Source of the DNA: Microthyrium microscopicum | Lineage: Eukaryota | Direction of reading: 5' to 3' | Assembly (NCBI GenBank): GCA_010405405.1 | Contig: MU004235.1 | Coordinates: 2,038,506 to 2,102,505 of the forward strand | Length of the DNA: 64,000 nt | Shown: piece by piece, positions 26,692-43,314 of the stretch | Layout of the letters: the number at the start of each line of letters is the position of its first letter | Position numbering within the stretch: the first letter of the stretch is position 1 | Translations under genes and position numbers: made by a program | Notes under the pieces: model-generated | What the model was told of the DNA's origin: nothing | Database searches by the model: none | The model's input: only the letters and a program-made list of their open reading frames with translations

Positions 26692-28183
26692 TCATATACC
26701 AGAAGTCGTAAAGTCATTATTCCACAGCATCGTGTGCAAATTATTCTCGGAGACATCGACCACTTTCGGCGTTTCTGATAGACTCGCCATTGACACAGGG
26801 TACTGTAGACTCCTAGGAATGGCGTTGTAAATTGGAACCACTCCAATCAACTGAGGAAAGTGAACGAAGAAATCAACCGAAAGAGCCCACGAATGAGCAT
26901 CCTGAAATCTGTCGTTGAACATAGCAGAGAACTGATATTGTCCAGTGTTGTGGTCCATGGTCCAGATATCATTTAGTGAATCCGACCATAAAAATCGGAC
27001 ACTTTTCGAGAAAAACTTTGCGAATTTGTTGGGAGAGTACGTTGAGGGTGATAAGAGCATATGATCCCGGAGGTCAGGCCTCGGGTGATAATTAGTTCTA
27101 AAATGTCTCGTCTCCTGGCTGTTGGGTAACTTACCATACTAGGAAGTCTACGAGTACGGGGTGTTCTACCATGTTTACGGCTGGTCTACAGAATATTAGT
27201 CTTGACTTTTGGTTGCAGTATTGACAAACGTACCGAGCTTCCATATAAGTCGGTATTACATCGCGGAGTTTATCGATATGCGTTTTGCGCTTTGGTTTGT
27301 TAGCATAAATCCAAGGCATTTCTGTCTCGTAACTCACAATCAGCTCGTTTCGGAGCGAGCGAAGGATGGCAAGCCTCGCAACAGGTCCGCATTGAAAGAA
27401 GAGATACTGATCAATCTGCTGAAAAAACTTCCAGCCAACATCTAGTGTATACATGGCTTCTACCTCTGACCAGCCATACAGGACCGCACGATTGACAATA
27501 TCGGCGTCAAAGTGCGTGTCAAACGTGTCGTCTTTTCTAATCATCTCCAAAACTTGAAACATGGCTGCCTCCACGACTTCCCATGCCTTGAGACGTACGT
27601 GGGGCTTTTGGACGGCATTCTTCCGTGTATCTTTTGGTGTTGGAAGTATTGGTTCGGGGTCATTAGAATGGTGAATCTCAGCTACGCAGTGTATTTTTGG
27701 TACTGTAGACTCTGGGGGATCTGGGTCTGAAGCATTGGTTGGAAGGATGACGGTTTCCGCTAAAGTACTTCCACTTTGACTCCGTATTTTTTCTGCTTCG
27801 TGTAAATGTTCAAAATTCCTAGGCCATTGTTGTCCCTCAGGCGATGGCTCCGCTAGGTATGTTCGACCAGGCTGTTCGTCGCTGCCAGAAAGATTTGGAG
27901 ATGATGGGGCTTCAGTTGGGAACGTATGGCTAACGATTTTCTGTATGTTTCCTAGACTGGCCATCAATTCCTTATTGATCTGACGTTGCTGTTCCAGCTG
28001 ATCCGACAATGATTTGACGCGATCATCTGCTTGTCCAACCAGTAGGGATTCGATAGTACTTTCGAGTTCTTCAATTCTTTTCTTGGTTCGAGCTCGAGAA
28101 GCGCGTTGAGCCTCTCTATCCGTTGTTCTCCGCCTTTCCTTACGGCTGTCCGGAGCCTGCTCCCGTGCAGCTTTTCCTTTCAT
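26692..28183 (-). CDS. bZIP transcription factor with C-terminal DUF3425-like domain (multi-exon)
   Basis: RKERRRTTDREAQRASRARTKKRIEELE basic region and zipper; HPVLVDFLVW|PGLRD and ..W.LS.DFF..FP C-terminal motifs. Confidence 0.85.
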
Positions 28184-29039
28184 CGTGAAAGTGGAAGTTA
28201 TTAGGATATATATTGTAGGCCCGAGATACTCTATAATACAGCTAGATTCGTATGACCTTGTACCAAGACTCGTCACTGGTAGTTCCACCTAGGAGTTGAA
28301 GAAGAGGATTGTAGTCAATTCAATCATCACATGGGAGGGACAAGCTTGACAGGGTACATATATTGGAAGAGACCAAGCTCATTTTCATGCACGAAACAAT
28401 GCGGAGTAAGCTAGCCAGAATTGTGGTAAGTTAACCGTTCGCTATGCTCGGCTCGGCTAGAATATCTCCACTTTTTGTGCCTTTTATATACATAATTTCT
28501 GGCTCTCAATCTACATATCTTAAGATTAATGCCAGAGTTGTGACTGGATTTGGACTGCTTATGCTTCAAAATCAGCCATAGAGCGCCATCCTTACTTTCA
28601 CATACCATTGCGATCTTTTGGTCTATAACCACGATTTTCATTAGTAGCTGAAATCAATGGATGGGTGATGACCAAAACTTCCAGTGTCTTAGTAGCCGAA
28701 ATTGGCTTTTTCTGTTGCGATAGAGCCCTTGCTATCGGCCCGTCTTCCGCGCTTGGGAACATTCGCTAGCGCTCAAGGCATTTGAAAGCAGTTCAGTGTC
28801 TGATCGACTGTGTCCTATGAGATGTTTATCACGTCGTATTGGAGCATATTCGGTGCTAAAGATTTTGACACCTTTCGAAGTGCTGTGAAGTGCTAACACA
28901 TCGAAGACGGTCATGAACTCTGTCATGACGAGTTCCATCAATAGGCTTTCGCAGCCTAAAGTACTCTAGAGTCAGAGTAGCTCTGATACTTTAACTTTCT
29001 GTCCATACTAGCTCTCCATCAAAGTCGAATGGACAACCA

Positions 29040-29976
29040 CCTGCTTTTGCCTCAGATGCATATGCACCCATGGCTTCCACATGGGCCAAAACACCCTTCG
29101 CAGACATATCAGCGAACTCTGTGGACCAACTTCTTCTGAGACATAACCGCGACTACCGAACTCTTCCCCAGCACTTAGTTTTCCGGACGAACCAGCGCAG
29201 GTGAAGCCGAGTCCACCAGTCTTGCTTCATATACCACGGTTCCAGTAGATAATCATCGCGATAGATCCGCCCATCTTTAGCAGGCTCCGTCAACGTCCGT
29301 CGATACCATCTAAGCAAACACAAATATCCGATCGTCAACGCCCTCATCTTGAATCCAACGTCTACACTTACCCTCACCGCCGGTGGCGCAGATTCCCTCT
29401 AATCCCCATCCTCAACCCAACCTCCTCCAAAACACCCACCTCGCCACCTTCTCCATCCTCGTCAGCTTCCGCCATCCCCAAACCTCAATGAACCGAATCG
29501 GCTCCAGCACAAAGACACCCAACGTGAACACCATCAGTTCACTTTCGCCACACAATCCGCCAGCGCTCGCTCTCCATATCGCCGGCGAGGATCTCGGAGG
29601 GGAAGAAGGCAGTGTCTTCGGTGCGGCGGCCGACGCGCGTGGGCGAGGAGAGTTGGGCGGTAGCGCAGAGAGAGGCGTGCCGCCGGCTATAGCGAAGGTG
29701 CGGATCAAGGCCCTTTAGGTGGAGAAGCCGGTTGGTAGGGGTGTTCGTCGATCATGTGGAGTTTGGCGATGGCATGGGCGGTTTGGGGGGTCATGGTGGG
29801 GGCCGGCGAGGTAGGTGATGTGTTTGGATTCGAGGGCGTGGAGACGACGGAAGCGGAGAGGTAGAGGATGAAGGAGATGGCGAAGAATTTGGGCAGGGAG
29901 AGAGGTTGGTGAGCGTCTGGCGAGAGATATTGGTAGCGCCATGATGTTTGTGGTGAGATGGGAAGTAGGTCGACAT
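29040..29976 (-). pseudogene. Decayed mpaB/DUF2236-like ER-bound oxygenase
   Basis: Motif fragments FRRLHALE, ALIRTFAI, FTLGVFVLEPIRFIEVWGWRKLTRMEKVARWVFWRRLG, DGRIYRDDYLLEPWYMK and EVGP, spread over different frames with stops and apparent deletions. Confidence 0.7.
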
Positions 29977-31205
29977 TCTTTTAGCTACATTATGATTGAG
30001 GAATCATGTTGGGAGTATATGCTGCCGCGTATTATGTTGTGAAATCATGGTCTGTCATTGTTGGTGACTGCGTTGTGGTTGCGATGTCGTGAGGTTGACA
30101 TCGGATGCGGCTTGTCATCCAAGCTGACAATCCATGTTATTTGGAGTTGAGCTTGGTGCATACTGTATCAAGACATTATATCATCGATCTCCAGCTTGAA
30201 GATGAAATATATTAGAGCTGGATTTGTAAGAATGTATAGCTTTGGTTTGCCAGAACTTGATGGTATCAAGATCAACTTCTGGGGTGAAGCCAGACACAAT
30301 GTATAATGATGCACCGTAATAAGAGCGTGCCAGTGTAATGGAATCAACTATATTCTTGACAGCTTCGGCCTCTATGAAACGATATTGATAGAGTAGGAGT
30401 ATACTCTGATAGTAGGGGTACCTTGAGTATGATGGCCAAGAATGCCTCCAGCTCACCTGGCTATCTTCAAAGAAGATACACAAACATCTGACTCTGTAGA
30501 CGGCATTTCGTTCAGACGCATGGTCAAGGAGTTGCAGTATGATTTGGAATATGAACCTGACATGCGTTGCTGCTGTTTACTCCACTGCGCCGTGCTCTGC
30601 TTTGACGTGGTAAATCAGCGGTCACTGCTGTGGAATGCCACCAAGGACCTCAAGCTGGCAGTAAAGTCGACTGGTTTGTGACTTGAAACAGGGTGCTAGA
30701 ATTTTTAAGCCATTAGACATTGCAAGGGAGCCTCTTTGACCGCAACAGGACCTGTGTTTTCTGTGTTGACGAGGACTGTTGTCACAGCCTCCAGCAGCGT
30801 GCAAGTCAAGATGACCATGGCTAGAGACACGGCTTTAACACAAAGAAAAATTCAAATGATGCAGGCTGCGTCAGCATGCCTTTAAGCTGTATGAGATGCA
30901 TAATAATGAGCAGGGGAAAACAACCTTGGAAGAGCTTGTGATGGAGATTGAGAAGGTTGGCACATGGAGACTGGAGTCAAAAAGCACTGAGGTCAAGCTG
31001 CAGTTGCCGGCCTCGACCCCTCAGCCTCAACACCAACAAATCCTGATCTACAAAGCCTCCTTTCCTCTCCTACATACTCGTATATATATCTTATCCTTTC
31101 TTACTCATCTTTCCGGAGCATTGTTCTTTTCATTACGACTGATATATTGCCATATTCACCCAACAATCTCAGTTGGCGCAATAGCCGAGCCAAATCACCG
31201 CCAAC

Positions 31206-31733
31206 ATGTGCCTCATCAAGGTCAAGAAGGAAGAAGAAGAATACGACATTCCCTACCGTCGACGCGAACGCTATACACACCGCGAACGAGTTTCCGTCCA
31301 CTCCCCAAGACACTCAGTCCAAATAATCCAGCCCGCACCACCACCTCCTCCACCTCCACCGCCTGCGCTCCCTCAACCGCAACCAGCCCCGGTCTTTGTC
31401 GAACCAAAGCCCAAGCCAAAGCCACCTCCTCCACCACCGGATGCGCAATACGTCCAAGTCAGTCCGCGAAGCAGTAGCGAGTCTGACCGACCACCGCCTC
31501 GCGATGATTACAGATACGAGCGACGCGAAGTGCGGTATGAGCGCGATTATAGTCCAGAACCAGACCGCTTCCACGAATTTCGCTACGTGAATGCGCCAGA
31601 GCCCATAGAGCCACCTCCACGCAGACAGCGAAGCGTGTCAAGACAGCGGCGACGAAGTCGCAGTCGGTCAAGACAGCCGGATTACTATGAGGATGATATC
31701 AAGGTCAAGGTGACAAGGCGACCTGAATATTAG
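31206..31733 (+). CDS. Small Pro/Arg-rich protein of unknown function
   Basis: 175-aa ORF, good start context (CCAACATG), upstream TATA run ~31081, poly-Pro and RS-rich tail. Confidence 0.75.
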   Translation: MCLIKVKKEEEEYDIPYRRRERYTHRERVSVHSPRHSVQIIQPAPPPPPPPPPALPQPQPAPVFVEPKPKPKPPPPPPDAQYVQVSPRSSSESDRPPPRDDYRYERREVRYERDYSPEPDRFHEFRYVNAPEPIEPPPRRQRSVSRQRRRSRSRSRQPDYYEDDIKVKVTRRPEY

Positions 31734-32342
31734 ATCCTGTGGATACGAGCAGCATTCATATGGCGATGGATTATGTGTAATGATGAAGATATGACTGAGT
31801 GGATATATGATTTATACATGCAGCGCTGAAATGTATATTTCTCTCTTACAATAAATGGGGTGTGCCTGAAGTCTTGAAGATCATCTCAAATCCTTGCGGT
31901 GAAGATCTGCTTACATCGCATAACAGGTACATAGTAGCCTTGGAAAGCAAAAGGAGCCTCAACAGTACACAGTGAAGCTTTTGAAATTCTGTTGTATCAA
32001 CACTTGCTTCAGGGAGAAATCGAGACTTTGGATATGGTAAAATGATGCTTAGAGGCCTCCAATGTGTTGTCCAATTAGGCAGTGGTAGAATCAAATGCTC
32101 GTGCCTGACATTTTTCAGCTGCCAGTCCAGTCCAACATTTTGATCTCAGATCCAACTGCAAGTTCCCCCACCAGTAACCTCACACCACTTCCTTTGCTCC
32201 CAGCTACTCTACCTATACAATACCATATCCTTCACTAGTACCTTTGTTGGTATAGAATGTCTCTTCTTCAATCTAGTGATACTGACCAGCCTAAACTCCT
32301 CCTCTCCCTCCATCCACCGACAACATCGTCACCGCCGACGTC

Positions 32343-35300
32343 ATGGCTACACCAGGCGTGAGAGTACTCATACGAGAGTCTCCCCGTTCCATTGCGCTCG
32401 CCTCTTCCTCACACGCACTCGTCCTCAAAAATAGTGGCGGCAGTCCACCCCATAATGGCGGCTTCTCTTCAGGCAACACAAGTGCTGGAGATCTGGGCAG
32501 CGCCCCATTAGCTACTTCACCACGATGCATTGCTGAGTTTGGGCCAGCAGAAGACTTCGACTTGGATTATTGGCGACAGCTAGGCTTCAAGCAAGTCTAT
32601 GGCACACTTGGACTCGTTACGATCAACAATGAAGTTTTTCTGTGTGTAGTCGACTCCGCCGTACGAGCAGCTGAAGTGCGCCCAGGCGAAACTGTCCAGA
32701 AAATCAACAGCGTCGAATTTCACTGCCTGACGAGTGCCAAATATGACCACCTTCTCAATGACACGGTCAATCCATGGCCAACCGACGATGTTGACGAAGC
32801 AGGCTACGATATCGCGCACCCACGTTCCGAAACCGAACCTGAACATCCGTGTCTTGCGCTCAAGAAACTGCTTAGCAGTGGAACCTTCTTCTACTCTGCC
32901 GACTTTGACCTTACAAGGCGTTTGCAAAAGCGCGTTACCGATGACGAACCCTCAATCGCAATCGACAGTCTCGACGCAGGCTTTCTCTGGAATTCATACA
33001 TGATCCAACCACTAGTAGACTTTCGCGCTCGATTGTCTAGGCACGAAAAGGATGCGCTCGATGGGTCTAGAATACTCACATCCGCCATTCGAGGCTTCTG
33101 TACCACTATGACAGTGCCTTGGTCATCTTCTCCCTTTCAAACCGGTCGATCGGGAATGCCTTCAGCGCTTACAATCATATCAAGACTATCATGTCGCAGA
33201 GCCGGAACCAGATTCAATGCACGTGGGATTGATGATGATGGCAATGTCGCAAATTTTGTCGAATCAGAAACCGTATTTTGGAGCGCTTCTGGCTTGTGTT
33301 TTTCCTATGCCCAAATCCGTGGCAGTGTACCAATATTCTGGGAGCAAGCGACGGGACTTTTACCAGGCCAACAAAAGATTACGATATCGCGATCACCTCA
33401 AGCCACACAGCCAGCTTTTGACAAACATTTTGAACAATTGGAAAGATCATATGGTGCCGTTCACGTAGTCAATCTATTGAGTGCTGAAAAATCATCTGAA
33501 ATACAAATTAGCAACCTTTATCGCCAACATATTGAAAACAGTCCCTTGAATACTGTCTCTAAAGGAGATCAATATGATCACAAACTTTTACGAGAAACCG
33601 AATATGATTTCCATGCCGAAACAAGAGGACCGAGTGGTTACGAAGCAGCCAGTGGGATTCAGCAATACATTCAACAGTCTGCAGATGGTTTTGTTTTCTT
33701 TTTATCAGATGAGAAGGAGGCTGTTGATAATGCTGGCCACATTACATGGAAAAGCACCCCAATTTTACAACAAGATGGAATCTTCAGAACCAACTGTCTG
33801 GACTGTCTGGACCGGACCAATCTCATTCAAACAATACTCAGTCAAATGGCTTTGAAATCATTCTTTGTTCAAAGGCGAGAAACCGGTACTGCCGATTTCT
33901 GGTCTAGACATCGAACTATCTGGGCAGATAATGGAGATACCCTATCAAGAATCTATGCAGGTACTGGAGCATTAAAGTCGTCATTTACAAGACACGGAAA
34001 GATGTCTTTAGGCGGCGTGTTATCAGATGCACGAAAGAGTGCTACAAGATTATACATCAACAACTTTGCCGATAAAGGCCGACAAAATACCATTGATTTA
34101 CTACTTGGTAGACTCATGGGTCAACAACCAGTCCATCTTCATGATCCAGTCAATGATTGGGTACAGGCCGAGCTTCGACGTCGTGCATCAGAATATACTT
34201 CAAGCAAAGAAATCCACATCATGGTAGCTACTTTCAATCTGAATGGTAAGAATCGTCCTACGAAAGAGGATCTGTCCGCTTGGCTATGCCCTCCGGTAGA
34301 CTCGTCTCAACGAAACCCAGAGATCATTGCAGTTGGATTCCAAGAGATTGTTGAGCTTAGTCCTCAACAAATCATGTCAACTGATCCATATCCACGACAG
34401 GCTTGGGAGAATGCTGTAAAGGATACTCTAAATCAAAATGCGGCACAATTTCAAGAAGAAGAATATGTATTGCTGAGAGGAGGTCAACTAGTGGGAGCAT
34501 CTCTCTCCCTCTTTGTCCGAGTCAGTGTTCTGCCTTATATTAAGAATGTTGAAGGCAGCATCAAAAAGGTAAAGTCTATGTCTCGAGCTCGTACGCAGCC
34601 ACTAATATGAATAGACTGGTCTCTCCGGCATGGCTGGAAATAAAGGTGCCGTTGCTATCCGTATAGATTATGCCAGTACTTCACTCTGCTTTGTCACGGC
34701 TCATCTGGCGGCTGGCTTTGCAAATTACGATGAACGTAATCGAGACTACAAAACCATCTCTCAAGGACTTCGTTTCCAACGAAACCGAACAATTGACGAT
34801 CACGAGAACGTTATATGGCTTGGAGACTTCAACTATCGCATCGGACTACCCAATGATCGTGTCCGCCAACTGATCAACGAAGGAGACCTAGAAACTCTCT
34901 ATGCCAACGACCAACTGAATATCCAGATGACACATGGCAACGTCTTCCGCCATTACGACGAGGCTAGAATCGCCTTCAACCCAACTTACAAATTCGACAA
35001 TGGCACCGATACCTACGACACCAGCGACAAGTCTCGCGTGCCTGCTTGGACGGATCGCGTCCTTCGCAAAGGCGACAATCTCAAACAAATCAACTACAAC
35101 ATTGCACCCCTTCGCTTCTCTGACCATCGACCAGTTTACGCTACCTTCAGCTGCACCATCAGCGTCATCAACGAATCCATCCGCGACACACTCATGGGCG
35201 ACCTCTTCCGCCGCCGTCGCCTGTCTACCCACCCCACATCCTCCTTTGCCGAAGAAGATCTTCTCTCCGACATCACTACCGACTCAGCACCCAACGCCAA

Positions 35301-35961
35301 GCCCATAGACTCATCCCTTCCACCACCCTCTTCCAACCGTCGTAAATGGTGGCTCGACAATGGCGTCCCCGCCCGCGTTGACCTCAAAGCTTTAAACATC
35401 AACCCACAAACCAATAGCGGATCGAATCCTTTCCCTGATGAATCCGAATGGGTCAAAATAGACCGCGACATTCCAGAACCCCCTCCACCCCGCCGCGGCG
35501 GTCAATCAACACCCTCCGTTCGCCGCAAAGAAATCCCACCCGTCAAGCTCCCACCAATCAACCTTCCACCAAATCTACCCCGCCGCCTATCAACAGCATC
35601 AACTTCCTCGACGCGTGAAAAGCCTCCGGTTCGTGCGAAACCTAAGAGTTTGAGCTCAGGACCGGTGTCACCGATATCAAACTCAAGGCCGGGGAGCATG
35701 GCTTCGTTCACGCCTACTGGTACCCCTAATGGGCCTCCCAGTGTGCCGCCACCACGACGATCGCGCGCTAGTGTGATAGACTCGATGACACCAAGTCCGA
35801 GTCCCCCGGTGTCAATCCCAGCAGGATCAAAGCCACCGGTTCCACAAAAGAAGCCTAGTTTGATTGCGGCGCGGTCGCCGAGTTATGCGAATCTGATGGA
35901 GGAGCATGACGGAGAGATGGATGGGTTGAAGGATTGGGAGGTTTTGAGGCCGATGCGGTAA
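32343..35961 (+). CDS. Synaptojanin-like phosphoinositide phosphatase (Sac1 + inositol 5-phosphatase + Pro-rich tail; Inp52/Inp53/Syj1-like); intron ~34569-34614
   Basis: RAGTRFNARGIDDDGNVANFVESE, RTNCLDCLDRTN (Sac1 CX5R), WLGDFNYRI, PAWTDRVL, SDHRPV. Confidence 0.96.
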
Positions 35962-36111
35962 ACTTTGTGAGAAGAGTAGGGCGCGTGGTTACTCGTAAGA
36001 TTATGGTGTCCTCGTCTGTAGGTGGTTGTGGTGACTGTAGAAAATGTAGATTACGGTATGTTGGATACTCCAAATCAAGACGTTATGAGCCATACTGATT
36101 TGTTTGACTTG

Positions 36112-36478
36112 TCAACCAGCACGATGTCGATCTGATAGAGCTATAGGTGATGCATCAAGAGCGTGCTCCAATGTTGCTTCCGTCTCAGCCTCCGTTTTCT
36201 GTGCTTCACCTGATGCTCTCTGGGCCTTACTTTTTTTGTATAGATATACGTCCAAAGGAAGAGTCAGTATGTAGATCTGTACGAATAATTTGAAGGTTAC
36301 TCCGTGAAAGAAGCCTTTTGTTGGACCTGATTGTGCATGGCGGAGTTTTACCTTGGGGCCTTGGGCTGGTTGATTCACACGGCGATTGCTGTTGCGAGTG
36401 GTTTGAACCAGGTGTCATTCTTGGCACGGGGATTTTTTGCCGGAAAGATCTTGGTATTGAAAATCTGAGCATCTTCAT
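36112..36478 (-). other. Possible small single-TM (mitochondrial?) protein gene split by a frameshift
   Basis: Presequence-like MKMLRFSIPRSFRQK in one frame; TM-like FKLFVQIYILTLPLDVYLY in the +1 frame; divergent from RPB6. Confidence 0.35.
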
Positions 36479-36627
36479 TGAAATGACGAATGAGGTGAAT
36501 GTAAGGTTGATGCAGCTGGCGAGGAAATAAGTTGGAAGCTACGGGAATCGCGACCTGGCATCCTCAATACATAAAAACCGGCGCTTAGCGCGCTTAAAGA
36601 ATAAACCTTAAGTGACTCTACGCGTCT

Positions 36628-36674
36628 AAATTTTTGATGGTGTTTATGAGCACCACCTCCAAAGCTCTCATCGC
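36628..36674. promoter_or_regulatory. PAC box (CTCATCGC = reverse complement of GCGATGAG) and RRPE-like AAATTTTTGA upstream of RPB6
   Basis: Exact PAC at 36667-36674, ~150 bp before the ATG of a subunit shared by Pol I/II/III. Confidence 0.5.
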
Positions 36675-36824
36675 ATTCTTTCCTCACCACTTCTTCCTAC
36701 AACCACCATCCTCCACCTAACTGCGCATTTCACACCATACTTTTACCCCCGCAACGCTCAAACACACTGGTCGCAAACACAAACACATAACACTTAAACC
36801 ACCTACACTCCCTTCATCCACAAG

Positions 36825-37467
36825 ATGTCCGACTATGGCGACGACGGTAATGAGCGATAGTAAGTTCTCCTCATCATTCCACTCACCATAGCACCCAGCG
36901 CAATCTCCAGCATCATGCCCTCCTTCATCGTCACCAAACCTCTCATGCGCAAGCAATATAAAACCACTGACACACCTACTAGCGATGAGCCCATGGACGA
37001 CGTGCTCGAAGACGAAGATGACGATCTCCAAGAACTCGACGACGGCTACGGCGTAGACGATGCCGAAGACGGCGATGTCGCAGATGACCTAGGCGACCAA
37101 GTCGAAGGCGACAATGTCGTCAACATTGGTGACAAGCCAACCGGTGGCGCAAAGGGTCCCAAAAGCCAAAGAATTCCAAAAGAAAAGCGGACGACTACAC
37201 CGTTCATGACGAAATATGAGAAGGCTCGGGTGCTGGGTACGCGCGCGCTGCAGATTAGTATGAATGCGCCGATTATGGTGGATACGGAGACTGAGACGGA
37301 TCCGTTGATGATTGCGATCAAGGAGCTCAAGGCGAATAAGATTCCGTTGGTGGTGCGGCGGTATTTGCCAGATGGATGGTGAGTTTGCATATTCTACACG
37401 TTGTGACTGTTTTGCTGACGGTGGGTTTAGCTACGAGGATTGGACTTGTGAAGAGCTTCTGCAGTAG
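36825..37467 (+). CDS. RPB6: RNA polymerase I/II/III shared subunit RPABC2; exons 36825-36859, 36983-37378, 37431-37467
   Basis: [28 protein letters not shown]...[32 protein letters not shown]. Confidence 0.97.
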
Positions 37468-39354
37468 GATTAAGGTGCTCTCACTTATTTCTATCGGAAT
37501 AGTATTGCCTAGGGAAGATCATGATTATGAGCATTTGTCGGCGTTTGAAGTTTGTAATGGATTACATGGAAAAAGCGATGGGATTTTGATATTGGTTCCC
37601 ATAGCTTTTGATTCGGACATCATGAGATCCTGACTTGGTCGATAGAAACCAAGGCTTTCAAACCATCAACAACCACATTTGACCTCGCTTCCCTCGCAAG
37701 GCTGTGAACTCATATCATAGGTCCATCTACCAACCCATAAAATAAATCCACCCCACGTGCAAAAGCAGCTTCTTTCTCAAAGATGACATCAGACGCCACA
37801 AAGTACAAGCGAAGTATCAGCTGTCGGGCGCTACATAACAAACCTCACCGTCACGATAAGACGAGCAACCAAACAAGCTCCCTATATAATTTAATCAAAC
37901 AGTGTACTGAATAATTACAGTAACAGACGGTGAAATTAGCGGTAGTAGCTTCAAGTTCCCAAAGCACACCGAGGTTGTCTCCTCCAAAGCATAGCAGTTG
38001 TCCAGCCAATGCAACATACAAGTGGCGGTCAACACGCAACAGACACACCACTCGCAAAGAAAAAGCTCCTATGCAGGGTCCTTGATCTTTCACCGCGAAC
38101 TACCTGGGTGGTACTAGGTGTATGGAAAGAAAAAACCATTCGTTGCATAAGTTAGTGTGTTGAGGCTGTGCATGAAGAACTTGAACCCCAGATGTGGATC
38201 ATTGGATGATTGGCAGGGCTTGCAGGCGGGTTTGAACTTTGCAGGCTTCGTGGGCTGCTTCTGGCCCAGACAGAGGAGTGAAGTTGGCCCACGTTGACTG
38301 ATTTATTTCAGCCTCTTTGCCTTTGCAGAAGAGCTGGCTGCATGGACTGCATGGTGAGTTGGTGATAGCTTTTGAGTTGCATGTAGACTTCATAAGCTTT
38401 GAGGAAAATTGCGATCTTGCTTGCCAAATGTGACACCAGAAACATTGGAAATGAAGTCTTTTGACTGGAAAGAATATCAATTTATTGACCACCGAAGTTG
38501 CGACCATGGTGTTTCGACAAGACTATTGGACAGTGTAAAGATATTTTTGGATCTTGTGGTTGGATTTGATGTGTGAAGTAGGTTAATTTACCCGACCAAC
38601 GATCACTATAGCTTGTATGGCGGTGGCTCAGTTGATGTCAATGCTTGATCTATCATTTTGATGTGGTAGAAGCAAGGAATGATTGAGTTGCACCTGGGAT
38701 CAAGCCGTGGAAGGAAGGATGTGGCAGATTGGTATGAGATCATTCAGAAAACGTCCTCGTGCCTGGAGTCTTGGAAATTGTTGCTTCTTTACCAAGTACA
38801 AGAGAGGTCCTCACGGCCTGGTCCTTTAGAATTTCCGTAAAGAGATTTAGTTGGACCAGAACAAGTGATGAAACAGGGACAAGTATGAATTGGGTAGTGA
38901 TGAACTTTGCAGTTGAGCATATCCTCGTCTCCCAAACACCCTAGCACATTCTGGGCCATTGACGAGGCTGTAAGCCCAATGATTAAGCTCCTTGAGTCCA
39001 TTTGATTCGTAAAGGGCCCCTGAAATACTCGTATCGATAGTAATTAGAGAGCTTATGAGCAAAGAGATAGACCCACCTGGGCACTCGGTCAAAAAAACAG
39101 CTCTTCAAAGTTCAGCTCCTGCTCACGGCCATCACAACCGTTGCCTTCAATTGCTCCACCACCACTTACTTCACTTCAACCTCTTCCTCTTCGTCTCCTT
39201 CTCTTTTCTGTGCAACTTTTGACAATCCGACTTCAGCCCCAACTGCCAATTGCTATAAAACTACCTCGTTCCCACCTTACTCGCTTGTCATCTGCTCATT
39301 CTGCTTCTCCTGATCCCTCTCTGTTGCTGACCGCCCCACCTTACACAACACACA

Positions 39355-41892
<2,538 letters not shown>

Positions 41893-42277
41893 GTGCTGTC
41901 ACAACTTGATAGATGAATAGTATGCTTGCTAGTGGATGGTGTGAGTGGAACCCTAGCAGCTGTCATGTAGCTGTCAAGATGATGATAGGATACGGTATGA
42001 ATAAAATAGTTTTGTCCTTTTCCATGATATGCTCCATTCAATAAAGCTCAAGGAATCTATCATGTCTTGTGCTCGATATTTGATAGATAGTTCATCGAGA
42101 CTGGAGGTACACGTATGATGTGTAAGCGATTTACTGAATGCATTATATATTCTTTCAACGTCAATACCAAGTAGTTGAGTAATACCTCTGTCTACAAACC
42201 ACAGACCAAAGCCGCTGAACGCCAATAAACCCTTCAAATGTCCGGACCATTCAAATCCCCAAGTCTCTCGCACATCA

Positions 42278-43314
42278 TCACTGCACCTTCTTCTGCGCTG
42301 CCGGCCCCATTTCCTTGCTGAAAGCAAAATAGCTCACCTTCAAGCTCAGTAGCGCTGATAGGCCCGTGTAGAAAATCATGAACAGCAAAAACGACGCAAA
42401 CAGTCCCATGAAGATTCCTGGTCCTAGAAATACATAGTGATCGAATACACCGCCTGTCGAGTTGGCAGCAAGTGGCTCAATGGCGCGCTTGAATTCGTTG
42501 TGCAGTACGTTTTCGTATGGATCGGCCATTTCGTAGGCGGGCGTGGCGATGGCGTCGAGGAGGGGAGTAGTGTGGTAGATTACGGTGAAGGCGTGGCCAC
42601 CGGCGGTCGAGAGGACAGCGTGGAGGAAGGAGTCTGTGAGTCTTTGTTAGCTGATAGATGCAAAGGGAGGGTAGTGAGGAAATGGGATAGTGAGCTTACC
42701 GTGGTCGCTGAGTTTGGCGGCGCGGTCGGTGATAGCGGTTGGAAGGGGAGGGAAGTCAACCTTGATAATGCGTGGGTGCGCAGTGCCGCTGGGGATTTCG
42801 CCCGCTGTTATCGTCGTTAGTATTCATCGCTGGAGTAAGAGGGGCAAGACGTACTGCCAGCGTCGGCGCTTAACATGCGAGCACCACAGGTCGATTCGAG
42901 CAGTGCCGTTACTTTGGCCATGTCGATACTGCCGACGACTTCTGGGACTGTGACTGCATGTCGAGCGGGACCGGCGGTGCCGTTCATGGCATTGCGGAGA
43001 TGTGGGATGCCCGCGCCGTGGGCGAAATCGGCACTGGCAACGGCGGGTTGGCTGACGAGGATGTAGGCATCTGAAGGACAGGAGGAGAGAGTTGAGAGAA
43101 GGCTGGATGTGATTGAGGCGGCGTGGGCTATATTAGGCGAGGGGAAGGTGGAGAAAGAGCTGGTGGTCAGTTAGTTTGATGGAAGCTCGCTTTGAATGAA
43201 GCCTGGAATTGGGACGTACGGTGATGTAGAGAAGAGGAAAAAGGGCGAGGTGTCTTTGAAAGCGGCGGCACAAGAGGCCAGGAGGGCCAGCGAGGTTGAA
43301 TGTATTATCCTCAT
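42278..43314 (-). CDS. BIG1/VOA1 (Ac45-like V-ATPase assembly) ER membrane protein, multi-exon
   Basis: Signal peptide then FKDTSPFFLFST; C-terminal GGVFDHYVFLGPGIFMGL...LSALLSLKVSYFAFSKEMGPAAQKKVQ with dilysine ER motif. Confidence 0.85.
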
